DNA of 63,449 nucleotides, filler included, from Folioceros fuciformis (Eukaryota): assembly GCA_049999805.1 (NCBI GenBank). It is 16 parts of 16 records of this genome, joined end to end, with 100 filler letters (N's around TTAATTAATTAA, not from the genome) between each part and the next. Parts side by side here need not be neighbours in the genome. Positions count along the whole stretch, not along the records: positions 12,478 to 15,808 come from JBNGIO010003649.1; positions 15,909 to 20,524 come from JBNGIO010003650.1; positions 20,625 to 26,720 come from JBNGIO010003651.1; 13 more parts are not named here. One strand, written 5' to 3'. Position numbers and translations under genes: made by a program. Shown piece by piece: positions 12,478 through 24,936 of this stretch. The notes under the pieces were generated by a model. That model did not search any database. It saw only the letters and a list, made by a program, of their open reading frames with translations, and had not been told where the DNA came from. Numbering within the stretch: the first letter of the stretch is position 1; the number at the start of each line of letters is the position of its first letter.

Positions 12478-13737
12478 TCCCACCTCTTCTCTATCTTTCC
12501 CATTGCTCATGCTCCTCCCCTAGAGGCTGGCTCAGCCACCAAGGGTGAACAGTTGCAGGGGAAGACTTAGCGGGCGACCATCCAGCAAGGAAGAGGCGGC
12601 GTCCGCAGATCTTTCAAGATCAGACATCCTCTGAAGTCTCTGGATAGTCTAAGAGGTAGTAGATCCTTGTGGTGGTAGGGCCAGGAGCTCATTGGTGGCA
12701 GGTTGTGCTAGAAGTCTAAATAAGTGGCTGGTGACAGCCGGCTAGGCTATTAAAATAATATTTCTCAAGTTAGAGAGAGGTGAAGTCAGAGAGAGAGAGA
12801 GGCTCCTATAAGATCAGGTGAGCCTGAAGGAAGAAGGAGTCATTCACTTTGGGAGTCAGTCTATCTCTTTGTGAGCTCTTGGAGGTCCTCTCTTCATGGG
12901 CTCTTGTGGTTTGTTCCTGCTTGGTTTAGGACTTGCAGTGTGTTGCCGGCTGTGCAACGTCTGGTAGGATCGCAAGCNNNNNNNNNNNNNNNNNNNNNNN
13001 NNNNNNNNNNNNNNNNNNNNNNNNNNNNNNNNNNNNNNNNNNNNNNNNNNNNNNNNNNNNNNNNNNNNNNNNNNNNNGGCAGCGTGTTGCCGGTTGTATA
13101 GTGTCTGGTAGGATCACAAGGTGTAATGACCAGGGTGTAGGGGCTTGCCCCTAGCTCTTGATTGTAAAGGGTGTATCTTTCTCTCGACCTATCCACTCTT
13201 GTTCCTTGCTTGGTCAAGTGTTGTAGGCCGGCCATGTTCCATGGCGTTTGGTAAGGTTGTGGGGAGGAGATATCCAAGAGGGGAGTGTGTTCCCTTCTTC
13301 CTTTTGTTTGGGGTTAGTCTAGTGACTCTTGCCGGGTAGGAGGAGTCCGTAGGGAAGTGTAGAAGGTAGTGGTGTCGTTGTTGGTTGCTGGTAGTTATTG
13401 GTGTTGGTGCTGGAGCGAGAGAGTGAGTGAAGTGTGTGAGGGAAGTCGCAGATCTGAGAGGTTAGAGTCGTTGTAGTGACTAGAGTGAGTTTGTGGGCAC
13501 CGAGAGAGGTGCAGCTGACCGCCGGACAGCGAGGCCTGTCCTACGCCTGATCGGAGCTAGAGGGGAGCCCTCGAATCCATCATCGAGTCGATCAAGTCCG
13601 ACCCTCCATCCACAGCAGTAAGGAACCCCATCGCTCCTTCGTGGGAACGAAACCCAATGTCTCAACGACAGTGGGATAAGTATGGCCACTAAAGGTGGAA
13701 CCCATTGGCAATCAGTGCCCGGGGTTTTGCCTTTACA
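12478..13737. mobile_element. Long LTR (probably Gypsy-type) inserted into Copia gag
   Basis: Highly similar to 15909-16692. It ends ...GGGGTTTTGCCTTTACA and interrupts gag after EEQSRAFSQST. Confidence 0.75.
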
Positions 13738-15491
13738 AGTGCTTTGAGAGAATGCACGGCTTTGCTCCTCTTGATATAAAGCTCCAATCACGTCTTCTAA
13801 CGTGATTGTACTAGTGCTTCCAGAGGCTGTTGCAGTGCTAGCTTGACGAATTGGGCCATTTTGGCTAGTTACAAAAGATTGATAAGATGGAGGAAGTCTT
13901 GTCAGCAACTCGGCCACAGCATCAACTTCAGGCATTGAGATGCCTGTCAAAGAAGTTATCTGGGCCTTCAGAGTCCGGAACTTGCTGGTAAATACAGCAA
14001 CTTTGTCTCCTTCTTTCATTCGTAGGTTATAAAATTCATGTTTAAGGGCACACAGTGTAAGGACATTTTTAACCTGATATGTCTTTTCCAACTGATCCCA
14101 TATCTCTGATGCTTGTGTCAAAAATTCTACTTCAGGAACCAGATCAGCATCTAGCCCAGCAATAAGGAGAGCGACTGCAATACCATTCAACTCTTCCCAT
14201 TCTGCTATTTTTTCAGCTGTTGGGGCAGGTATTGCATTCGGATCAGGGTTTCTTTACTGTACCATTCACTATACCCCAAACATGTCTTGCAGTTAAGGTA
14301 GCCCTCATACGTATCCGCCAGACAGGGTACTTGGTACCATTGAAACGGTCTTTTTCTTTAAGTTCTGAAGTATAAGTTGCTTTAGGTGGTATTATACTTG
14401 CCATACTAACGGATGCTATTGGATTCAATGACAGAGTTTGAAAACTATGTATAATAGAATCCAATGCATTAACGAAACCAGTGGTCATAAATGACTCAAG
14501 GCAAGTACAGACAGAAACTATGGCTTTGACAACATAGGTAAGTGGGTTCTGCACTCTATTGTCTGTTTTTCCGGACACCAAGTTCTCACAAGTGGTTAGC
14601 TAGGGAAGATTCGATTTTAAAAACAGCCCGGTAAGGATGAGGCTCTGAGGAGCTTCAGCCTTATCTTGCTGGCTTTGTTATCGAATTTTCCCTCTCAAGA
14701 ATTCACCTCAAAAACAAAACAAAAAATGTAAGGTTAAGCATAACTTAAAACATGGTGTCGTTTCATGAATAAAACCCTAACTTCCTTACCGTTTCGTGCA
14801 AAACAGCAAAAAAACGGGTTAGGTGAACCAATCACAAGGGATTCGACACAACAGATCGAAGGGACACAAAAACAATTGTGTCACTTCAATCTGGCTTGTA
14901 GTGGACGCTGTCGTTGCCTACATCGCAAGGTTCTGTCCGTGCCATAAACAAAGTTAGATCCTGTAATAGAGCAATAATCTCATTTAAATCAATTCGGATT
15001 TCTCGAGATTCAGCATGTATCAATTTCTCTGTACATTGTTCGATATCTTGTATTCTGTTTTGAGTAATGGCTAGTTGATATATCAGTTGTGATTGAGAAT
15101 GTTGAATTCGTTTCAATTGTGGAAACAGCGCTGACAGTTGACCACCAGTTGTCTTCTTTTGTGTACGAGGTAATTGATAAATTCCTCCAGAATTAGGGAA
15201 TCTACCACAGGATTCCAGTCTGTTATATTGCGTATGGCTGGGCGATGCCTTCTGTTGCCGTCGGGGTTTCCTTATCACCTTATTACAACATTTTCCCTTT
15301 TCTAGATGATTTAGAAAATCTAGATTAAATACAGAGGATATTCTCTGTTGGTATTCCAGGCAGTCATGTCTATCTGGACGTACTGAAAAATATGGAGTCA
15401 TTTTGCGACTTTGATTCTTTCCGTTTCTATCATCCTGATAATTCTTCATGACTGCCCAGATGCATTATTAAGTTTGGTTGCTCTGATACCA
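13738..15491 (-). mobile_element. Ty1/Copia 5' part: PBS, upstream ORF and frameshifted gag
   Basis: PBS TGGTATCAGAGC at 15480-15491. gag starts at 14404 (KDRFNGTKYPVW, WDQLEKTY, LPPSY, LYQEE) with a frameshift near 14243. Confidence 0.85.
14886..15449 (-). CDS. Unknown 187-aa ORF between Copia PBS and gag
   Basis: The ATG lies ~30 nt downstream of the PBS. The ORF stays open for 187 codons in AT-rich DNA and has a coiled-coil-like C-terminal half. Confidence 0.45.
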   Translation of the reverse strand: MKNYQDDRNGKNQSRKMTPYFSVRPDRHDCLEYQQRISSVFNLDFLNHLEKGKCCNKVIRKPRRQQKASPSHTQYNRLESCGRFPNSGGIYQLPRTQKKTTGGQLSALFPQLKRIQHSQSQLIYQLAITQNRIQDIEQCTEKLIHAESREIRIDLNEIIALLQDLTLFMARTEPCDVGNDSVHYKPD

Positions 15492-15908
15492 TATCAAACT
15501 TAAATAAAGCATCATTATTAAGTATTAATCATGTCTATAATAAATTACATTTATTGTTCTAAATGGGAACAACTATATATGCACTATCTGCTTATGTATA
15601 TATTCAAACATAAATGTATGTAGGCTTAAATACCATAACTTAGACCTAAAAATGAAAGGACACATCCATTGGCCTTCCGGGCAAGTTAGGGTTTATTTTA
15701 GCCGCTTTCACAGTTACTCCCGATCCCCGCGCTTTCGGATGCTGGACAAAGCTCCCCCTTCTCTCAGGTTTTTATGCCCTGCCTACTTTCTCTCCTTATC
15801 GCCCGTCGNNNNNNNNNNNNNNNNNNNNNNNNNNNNNNNNNNNNNNNNNNNNTTAATTAATTAANNNNNNNNNNNNNNNNNNNNNNNNNNNNNNNNNNNN
15901 NNNNNNNN

Positions 15909-16692
15909 CCTACAGTGTGTTGCCGGCTGTGCAACGTCTGGTAGGATCGCAAGCCGTGTGTTGCCGGCTGTACTGTGTCTGGTAGGATCGCAGGCAGCGT
16001 GTTGCCGGCTGTACAGTGTCTGGTAGGATCGCGGGCAGCGTGTTGCCGGTTGTATCGTGTCTGGTACGATCACAAGGTGTAATGACCAGGGTGTAGGGGC
16101 TTGCCCTTGGCTCTTGATTGTAAAGGATGTGTCTTTCTCTCAACCTGTCCACTCTTGTTCCTTGCTTGGTCAAGTGTTGTAGGCCGGCCATGTCTCATGG
16201 TGTCTGGTAAGGTTGTAGGGGGGAGATACCCAAGAGGGGAGTGTGTTCCCTTCTTCCTTTTGTTTGGGGTTAGTTTAGTGACTCNNNNNNNNNNNNNNNN
16301 NNNNNNNNNNNNNNNNNNNNNNNNNNNNNNNNNNNNNNNNNNNNNNNNNNNNNNNNNNNNNNNNNNNNNNNNNNNNNNNNNNNNAAGTGTGTGAGAGAAG
16401 TCGCAGATCTGAGATGTTAGAGTCGTTGTAGTGACTGGAGTGAGTTTGTGGGCACCGAGAGAGGTGCAGCTGACCACCGGACAGCGAGGCCTGTCCTACG
16501 CCTGATCGGAGCTGGAGGGGAGCCCTCGAATCCATCATCAAGTTCATCAAGTCCGACCCTCCATCCACAGCAGCAAGGAACCCCATCGCTCCTTCGTGGG
16601 AACGAAACCCAATGTCTCAACGACAGTGGGATAAGTGTGGCCACTAAAGGTGGAACCCGTTGGCAATCAGTGCCCGGGGTTTTGCCTCCACA
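15909..16692. mobile_element. Same LTR family as 12478-13737, inserted into Copia RNase H; contains ~41-bp tandem repeats
   Basis: About 4 copies of GTGTTGCCGGCTGT...TCTGGTAGGATCGC at 15917-16075. It ends GCCTCCACA directly after KHIELYHH. Confidence 0.75.
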
Positions 16693-19600
16693 CATGGTGA
16701 TACAACTCAATATGCTTGGTTCTTGCATGGACTCGGGGGTTAGACACCAAGGCAATAGCTAACATATTGTCACAGAGCAGCAAAGTTGGCTCCTTCTGTG
16801 GTAAGTGAACAACATCAAGAAATTGTCGTTCCCATTCTAACTCCTTACATGCATCCGTCAGGGCCTTGTACTCGGCTTCAGTCGAGGACAGTGCAAGAGA
16901 AGTTTGCTTCTTACAAGACCAGTTAATAGCACCTTGTGCCAGCAAGAAAACATGAGCTGATAAACCTTTCCTAGTATCCACATCAGACGCCCAATCAGCA
17001 TCAGCAAATGCGGATAAGTCAAACTCCGACTTGCTAGTCTTGGTGTAGTGTAGGCCATATTGCATTGTCCCTCAAAGATAGCGATATATACGTTTAACAT
17101 CACCCCAATGTGGTTTGCCAGGTGCCTTCAAGAATTGCAACACAACACTAACAGAGTAGCTATTATCATGGCATGTCCAATTGGCCAGAAAAAGTAAACA
17201 ACGTACAACCTCAGCATACGGAACTCCAGTCATCATAGCCTCATCAATAGCATCCTGTGGTGACTAGTCCAAGGTAAGTTTTCCCCCCACTGCTGTAGGT
17301 GTTGAAACAGGCTTTACAGAATCCAGATTAAACCTCTTAAGGATTTCTTTTACATGTTTGGTCTGATGTAAAATGATGGTGCCGTGTGACCTGTCCCGTA
17401 GGATTTGTATACCGAGATAGAAGGCAAGCGGCCCCTGATCTGTCATTTCAAGTTCAGACCAAAGAGGAGCTTTCAGTGTGTCAAATTGCTCAGGGCGATT
17501 GCTCAACAGAATTGCATCATCTACATAAAGAGCAAGAATGACAAATATCCCGTCAGAATTGAGGTAAAAAACATTAGAATCTGCTGGTGATTGAACAAAG
17601 CCATGCTTTTTGAGGAACTTCATGATCCTCTTGTACCAGGCACGAGGGCTCTGCTTAAGCCCATATATGGTTTTTAACAGCTTGTAGACTTTTTTGGAAA
17701 TTGCTTATCAACAAATCCTTCAAGCTGGTCCATATATAGGACCTCCTCAAGTTCCCCGTGAAGAAAGGCTGTGCAAACATCCATCTGATGGAGTTCGAGA
17801 TCAAAGTCAGCAGCCATGGCCAACAAAATATGAATAGAAGGCAGTTTGACCACTGGCAAAAAGGTGTCTCCATAATCAATTCCAAGTATATGTGAGAAAC
17901 CCCAAGCTACTAGTCATGATTTATACCTTGCAATTGTGCCATATGCCTTTAGTTTAGTTTTGAAAACCCACTTACATGTGATAGATTTCCGGCCAAGAGG
18001 CAAGTCTGCAAGTTCCCAGGTGTTGTTCTTGACCAACGAGCTATACTCATCATCAATCAAAGTCCTCCAATGTTTACCATCAGGCCCTTCAAGTGCCTCT
18101 TTGTAACTCTAAGGGTCAAGCCTAACTTAAGGCACATGTAAATCTGTCACATGAGCTGATGGTCTGCGAAAATCAATAGCTTGATACGGAGGTTCCTGCC
18201 ACTCTGCATGTGGACGGCGTTCACGGACAGGATACCGAGGGGAAGTATCCCCTACTGCAGTGGCAGGAGGTGCTCCCTCTTCATCCGTATGATCTGAATT
18301 CAAGAGAGAGTCCTCCGAACCAAGAGAGCCAACGTCACTATGGCTTACAACACTTGCAGCATTGCATCCATATATGATTCAGGGTAAGCAACATCTGCAA
18401 GATGTTCATCTTCGCTGTCCTCATGTTCGGAGTGATCTACAACAGCTGAAGGATCATCATCAGCTACTTGTTCATTAGGGTTCTAAGGAAGAAGCTGTCT
18501 AGGCTTATTAGCTAGGACAAGAGGATTTATACCCTCATCCACAGCTGTGTGATCATTAGTGTATGGTGGCTCTCCATCAGACTGAGGATAATGGACTGGG
18601 ACTGTGAGAGATTGCTCGTCCACCAATGAATTGGAACGAGAAGAGCTGCCAGAACCCCCTGTGTCCACATCAGTTTGTGGGAGGACAAGCTCCTTGAAAG
18701 TTGCACTTCTAGACAGAGTTATTTTTGATGTTGCTGGATCAAACAGTTTGTAAGCCTTTGACTCCTTTGAGTATCCAACAAACACCAATTGTTTAGCCCT
18801 ATCATCTAGCTTCTTGCGCTTTGCTTCAAGTATGAATGCAAACGTTGGTGATCCAAAGACCTTGAGAATTGACAAGCTTGGCTTCCTTCCCCAAAAAGCT
18901 TCATAAGGTGTCTTTCCAGGCAGAGCAGATGTGGCTACTCTGTTCAATAAGTAAGTTGCTCTCACAACTGTTTCTGCTTAGTAGAGTTTATGCAACCCTG
19001 CATATGATAACATGCATCTAGTCATTCCCATGAGTGTTTGGTTTTTCCTCTCAGCAACCCCATTTTGTTGCTGCGTGTAGGGCACAAAGAGTTGGCGAAT
19101 AATTCCAAACTGCTGGAAGAGATCATTAAACTTCTGGCCTATGAACTCTCCTCCGTTATCAGTCTTGAAACACTTCACCAAATGGCCTGTCTGGCGTTGC
19201 ACCATGGGGATCCAGGAAGCAATATGATCATACACATCACTCTTATGTTTGATGGGAAATGTCCACGTGTATCTTGAAAAATCGTATGTCAATGTTAGAT
19301 AGTATTCAGCACCTCCTAAGGACTTGACCTGAATTTTTCCAGCAATATCGGCGTGTATGAGTTCAAGCAAGGCCTTGGCACGATTAGGCGTCTTGTTCTT
19401 AAATGGTAGCTCCTTCTGCTTGGACAGAACACAGGAGCTGCAAGTTTGAAACAGGAAGGTAATTTCTCCCTACACAAATCTGAATTGGCCATGACGTTTA
19501 GCTTAAACTTGTTGACATGACCCAACCTTGCATGCCAGAGTATAGCTTGTGCATATGATGCAGCAACTAAAGCCCTAGCTCTAGACTTGGTAACTTTGAC

Positions 19601-20524
19601 TAGCTGGTACAAATCATTGACGAGTATGGCCTTAGCTACATAGTTTTATGAGTTACTAAGCTCATAAACGTAGCATTTCCTATCCTCAAAACGGAAGCCA
19701 TACTATTGACTTTGTGCCACAGCCCTAATACTCAGCAGGTTTTTGCTCATATCAGGTACGTACAGGACATCTTCCAAGTACAAGAACGCACCTCCTAGCA
19801 AAGGTATGGTCACATCTCCACAGCCCTTAACTTCTACACCTCTAGAGTCCCCAACAAAAACTGACTATGGTGACCTCTGTTTGTGAAAGGTGGAGAACAG
19901 CTGATGGTTGTTACAGACATGTGCAGTGGCACCTGAATCAGCAAACTAGGAGGATGAAGTTTCCCTGTAAGATGTCAAGCAAACTGTTCATATAGAACTG
20001 CTGCTCTTAGGTTTCTCCTGACTTAAAAAATTGATCTTCACATTGAATGTGACATGAGCCTCAGGCTTGCTCTCCCTCTTGGCCTCGCCAGCTTTCTTTT
20101 TGCGGCAGTCATGTTCCCAGTGACTTGGCACTTGGCACCAGTTGCAGTTACCTTGTCTTTTCGGTGCGATAGGCATCAAGGAATGTTGATTTTGAGATGA
20201 GTTACCCTTCTTTCCTTTCCCCTTCCAAGGTCCTTTGCCTTTCGTTGCAAACAGGACCTTCTCGCCTCGAAGACGAGTGCCACCTAATTTATGTCTGCTT
20301 TGCTCCTCTTGTAGGAGCGCTCCAATGACTTCATTCAAGTCCAAGGCAGTAGGCTGTCCACTGGCTGCTGCTTGGTAGCAGCACGCAAGGAAGCATTCTG
20401 TCCTAAGATAAAAGTGTGATAGGATGGAGGCAAGCCGGTCAGCCTTCCTTCATCCTCAGACTATGAAATTGTTCTTGAACATGAATCAAGGTGCAGACAT
20501 TTTTGACCTGGTAAGTGTCAACTA
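16693..20524 (-). mobile_element. Degenerate Ty1/Copia gag-pol
   Basis: Zn knuckle CNWC..SHWEHDC, protease ADSGAT, WHARLGH, integrase (LIHADI, TDNGGEF, QNGVAER), RT (QMDV, LYVDD) and RNase H (ADADWA, SSTEAEY, CDN) in Copia order, with many stops and frameshifts. Confidence 0.95.
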
Positions 20525-21035
20525 NNNNNNNNNNNNNNNNNNNNNNNNNNNNNNNNNNNNNNNNNNNNTTAATTAATTAANNNNNNNNNNNNNNNNNNNN
20601 NNNNNNNNNNNNNNNNNNNNNNNNGGCGTCATGGTGCCTACAAAAGCATCAGAGTTCATTTCTCAAGGTAGGCCACGACTTTGGTTGAAGACGTGCTTTC
20701 GTTTGTTGAAGTTGATAGTTTGATCTTCGCTGTTCCCGTCTTGCTGCTTTGTTCCCGATGATTCTGAAGGAATCGACATCCACTTCCGACAGTCCCCTGT
20801 ACGTCTGAGTCTTCTCGACGGCATCCATATGCTGGCAAGCCCTTTGCGAAGCCGGTATCCTTTCACGCCAGCTACCATGAAAACAACACCTCTGAAGCGG
20901 AATGCGGATCGCACAATCTTGCACGGGGACTTTGANNNNNNNNNNNNNNNNNNNNNNNNNNNNNNNNNNNNNNNNNNNNNNNNNNNNNNNNNNNNNNNNN
21001 NNNNNNNNNNNNNNNNNNNNNNNNNNNNNNNNNNN

Positions 21036-21602
21036 GCTTTCGGGATTTGAGATACCGATTTCTAAACCTGTGCAGGACAGAGCAAGAAATGTATTTGCAG
21101 ACCCTGTTTGATGTCAAGCGCGCTTCGGATGGACGCTCGATCGTGGTGGCTTTTCTCATTGGATCTGTAAAGATACGCTCTTGTCGGGACGTGTTTAGAC
21201 GAGTTTTCTGCATCAGTGTGAACAGGTACGAGGCAGCAAAAGAAAGAGCTTTGGATAACATTATGTGGGTGGGCTCTGTCCACGCAGGAAAGCCCACCTG
21301 GGATCACGCTATGGCTGCTTTTGTTTGGATGGATCAATTGTTCTGCCTCCTTGCAGAACACATGCCAAACATTGAAGTGTACCATGTTCTCGACTCGTAC
21401 ACAAAAGGGGAAATTTTTAGGGAGTACAAGCAGCAAATGCAACGAGCGGAACAGTACAGTGTGTCTTACTCTTATTTCTATCAATTGTGGGCTTCACATT
21501 TCTACAAGGTGCGAATTCCAAAGACAAACTAGTTTTCGCTCTGTACAACCTGCGATTACCTTAAAAGGAACAACAAAGCCGAGTCTGATAAGAAGAAACA
21601 AG
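21036..21602 (+). pseudogene. Sola/DUF7869-like DNA transposase fragment
   Basis: C..VF..VF.IS..R, W......AEHMP....H......K..IF..Y and S.SYFYQLW...F..VRIPK..*FSLCTTC (in-frame TAG at 21530), followed by a GTATGT donor. Family assigned from recalled motif pattern. Confidence 0.6.
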
Positions 21603-21647
21603 GTATGTGAGCGTGTTTTTTCAGTTACGTTTCACGTGGGCATATGA

Positions 21648-21905
21648 AGTGCGCCGGTCGACCGGCGCACTGCATTCCATCATATGAAGTGCGCCGGTTG
21701 ATCGGCACACTTTTTCTTCTCAATGATGTTGTGAGTGCGCCGGTAGACCGGCGCACTGCCCTTGTTTCGAACCCTTCATTTGTCATGGTAACTGTGCATT
21801 GCTGGGTTTGTGCCAGTCTACCGGCGCACACCTTCCTCTCCCACTCAAGAAATGAAGGGATTGACTGCTTTGTGGCGGGTATGCGCCGGTCTACTTGCGC
21901 ATACC
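21648..21905. repeat. Five copies of a ~24-bp GC-rich palindrome
   Basis: AGTGCGCCGGTCGACCGGCGCACT is perfect at 21648-21671, with variants at 21688, 21734, ~21805 and ~21878. Confidence 0.9.
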
Positions 21906-21933
21906 TTCCTCTCCTACTCAAGAAATGAATGGA

Positions 21934-23202
21934 CTAATGGTCTGCCTCATCCCATTGAGCAACTTCTTCTAGCGTGGCATCTGCACCAGGCCTTGGTGTT
22001 GGCACAGGAGGTGTGCTGGTGCCATGTACGTGAGCCCAGAGTTTTCTGGACTTAAGAATCTCCTCCGTGCTCTTTTTCCAGACATGGTAATTCTCCCCAT
22101 CGAATTTATCTTCTTTGGGGATGCTGATTGCAGGTGTAGTAGTGGTAGCTTGCTGTTGAGCCATGGCAGATAGGATAGCTTAGGGCTGCACTTACAGCCA
22201 GTTTGCCTTGTTGGATGGTGATGTGTTTTGTTCTTCACAAACTTCTAGGGTCACCTTCAACTTGTAGGGCATATCCAGAGCATGTTCAGTTTGGATTCTG
22301 AACAAAATATGGGAAGTATACTACCTTAGAATGTACAAGGGCTCTTGTGCTTGTGCTCTGGAAAATGATTTTGTTACATGATAGTGCAAGTGTAACCACA
22401 CTCCTCCTGCTGTTATTGGAAAATGCAAATGAAGGACTTCCTTACTGGAGGGGAGCAACATTTTAGTCATACAAGGTCAGAGACGTTGACGTTGCTCCAG
22501 TCATAACCATCTAATGCAGGAAAACCTTGGATGACATTTGTTGCCATGAGTTCAAGGATTATACAAACTTTAATCCATACTTGTTTCCAGCGTGTGGGGG
22601 CGAGGGTCCGCATGTAAGCTTCCTCCCTCACTGTCTCCCAGTCACGCAGTTCACGCAATCGTAGTGCTCTTCTTGCTAATCGTTGGCGCTTTCTAAAACC
22701 AGGCATGGCTGCTGACCTTGTGCTTCTGCTACTGACCTTGGCCAGGAGGGAAACGCCTGAACGCACTTGTAACAGCGGAGCAACTTGGACTGCAACGCTC
22801 AGATCTTGTAAAAGAGCCAACAATGCATTGCTACCTCGCAGAGTAGACAGGGAATCAAGAAGAGCACACTGCGCTATAAGCGCTATGCGTCAACAAAAGA
22901 ACTTCTCACAAGAACGCGAAAAATTCTAGGCATAGCGTGAGCGTAATCGCTTAGACCAGATCAGGAATCAAAAAGATTCCTGATCTGGTACCATGACAAG
23001 TCTAAGATCATGCGAGGGGCACGAGTAGTCGGAAGCTGATTGCATTATCGTGAATGTCTTACACGGTCGTGTCACATGCACGCGACAAACGGTTATTAAC
23101 CGTCAGCTAAACCTAACCTAGGACCTGTACTCTAACCTATAGTAAGTTAGATATATATACTTACTATCATCCTTATATAGGCCCCCTATAGCTTATTCAA
23201 CC
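21934..23202 (-). mobile_element. Ty1/Copia 5' fragment: ~210-bp LTR, variant PBS, leader ORF and truncated gag
   Basis: The LTR ends ...TGTCA at 22994 and is followed by TGGTACCAGATC. gag starts at 22164 with KFDGENYHVWKK..LKSRKLW..V.G. Confidence 0.75.
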
Positions 23203-23227
23203 ACCAAGACCCAAGGTGTCAGGATGT

Positions 23228-23304
23228 GTTAAGCTGTGCTTATAGTTAGCTTAGTAGCTAGTTAAGCTGTGCTGGTAGTTAGCTTAGTAGGTAGTTAAGC
23301 TGTG
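23228..23304. repeat. 33-bp tandem repeat, ~2.3 copies
   Basis: GTTAAGCTGTGCT..TAGTTAGCTTAGTAG.TA units. Confidence 0.7.
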
Positions 23305-24936
23305 AAAGCAGGGTCAACTGACAAACATGTTTAAGCCAACATATTCAGTACTGGCAATCAACTGCAAGGTGACCTTCACGCTTGAGTAGCGAGGTGGAAG
23401 AGTGGTCGGACTAGCCTGATCACGTGAAGGTGCATTGGTGTGAGAAGGAGCGTGGACGAGCACTTGAAGAGGAGTGCAACACTGGTGTGAAGCGCGTGGC
23501 TGGCGGGAGAACATCATCAGGGCGAGTTGTGACGTAGCAACTAAGTGCAGAGCAATCGGGGGAAACCTCAGTTGTGAGAAGTCTTTTCCTGTTGAGCAGA
23601 CTGGCAAGCTAGTGCCGTAGGGGTTCTCCTGACGATGCCGATGGAAACCTGTATGCAAGCATACGGTGTCATAACTCGCTGTGTTCTTAGAAGTTGAATG
23701 ATTAATGTCGGCACAAACCAAGCTTCCAAAAGTTCTATGTTAGGGTCACGCTTTGAGGATCAAAGAATGGATGTGCTTGAGTCTGCTGGAGGTGCTGCTT
23801 GTCGGTGTGATCAAAAGGGAGATGACTTACTTCAGCTCATGTTTTTGTGCTGCTCGATCGTTGGGTGTGCATGTTGGGTCGTTTGGGGATTAGCCATCCG
23901 TGTTCGCCTTGACTACCATGGTGGACACTAGGGCCTTAATTAGGGGTGACTCGCATGACGTGTGTGTTGTGTGCCGTCTGCGAGACCCTTCAAACCTCAA
24001 TTGAATTTAATTAGGATAAATCCATTTTTCTCCCTTTTCACTGCTCTTGTGAGGACACTTCTAGCCAATGGGCAACATCTAAGGACAGGATGCTAGGAAG
24101 ATGAGATTAAATGCTCAATCTTGGTGTGTAGGTTGATATGAGGTGTGTGAGCTACTGTTTAGAACATCCATTATAGGAACAGGTTGCACACTGACAGTTT
24201 CACGACAAAGGACCAAATGGCCCAAACAACCGGACCACTTGTCCCGTTTTTGGTCTACCCCAAAACTTCAAGACCCAAGGAGGTCTTGTGTATATATAAC
24301 CCTGCCTATTCTCAACTCAAGCCGCTTTCACCCTTATCTCACAAAAAAAATGAAAAACCACCAAGTCTGGCACTTGGCGAGGGGATTTTCAAACATTTTT
24401 TCTTCTACACCTAGGCAGGACAACTAAATGGCGGCACCCTAAACCATGGTTAAAAGCACCCTGAGGTGCAAACCGGTCACCTCTAGGCCAATGGGTTTTC
24501 TAGGTAGGCATAATAGCAATCTTCTCCATTACAATTTTTTAACTATGATTCAGTAACGAATACCATCTTCGGATTTAATGTTATATGAATGCAAAACGTG
24601 TAGTATAGGTGTATTTAACTCTATAATTTTTTCATAGTCATTCTAGTAGTGAGATCGGGGCAATAGACATAGGATCTAAAAATTACTAACAAGAGCATTC
24701 AATTGTGTTGCAATGAACATAAAAACTTAGGCAGACAGTACGAGACTATGGCTTGACCAGCACAACTAAGTATTCATGTACCAAATGTGTTTATGTAATT
24801 AATTTGTAATACAACAGGAAAACTAATCATTGTGTGCAAGAAGGGGGTTGAAGGATTCAACCATAGAAGGTGGTAATGGAAAGTTATGCCCTGCTTGAGT
24901 TGAGCTCCTCAACTTTCCTTCAGACACTTATGAACG

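Noticed and set aside
15917-16075. 41-bp repeats (also the 33-, 55- and 59-bp repeats elsewhere) as CRISPR-like arrays
   Set aside because: No unique spacers, no cas genes, eukaryotic context, and several lie inside LTRs.
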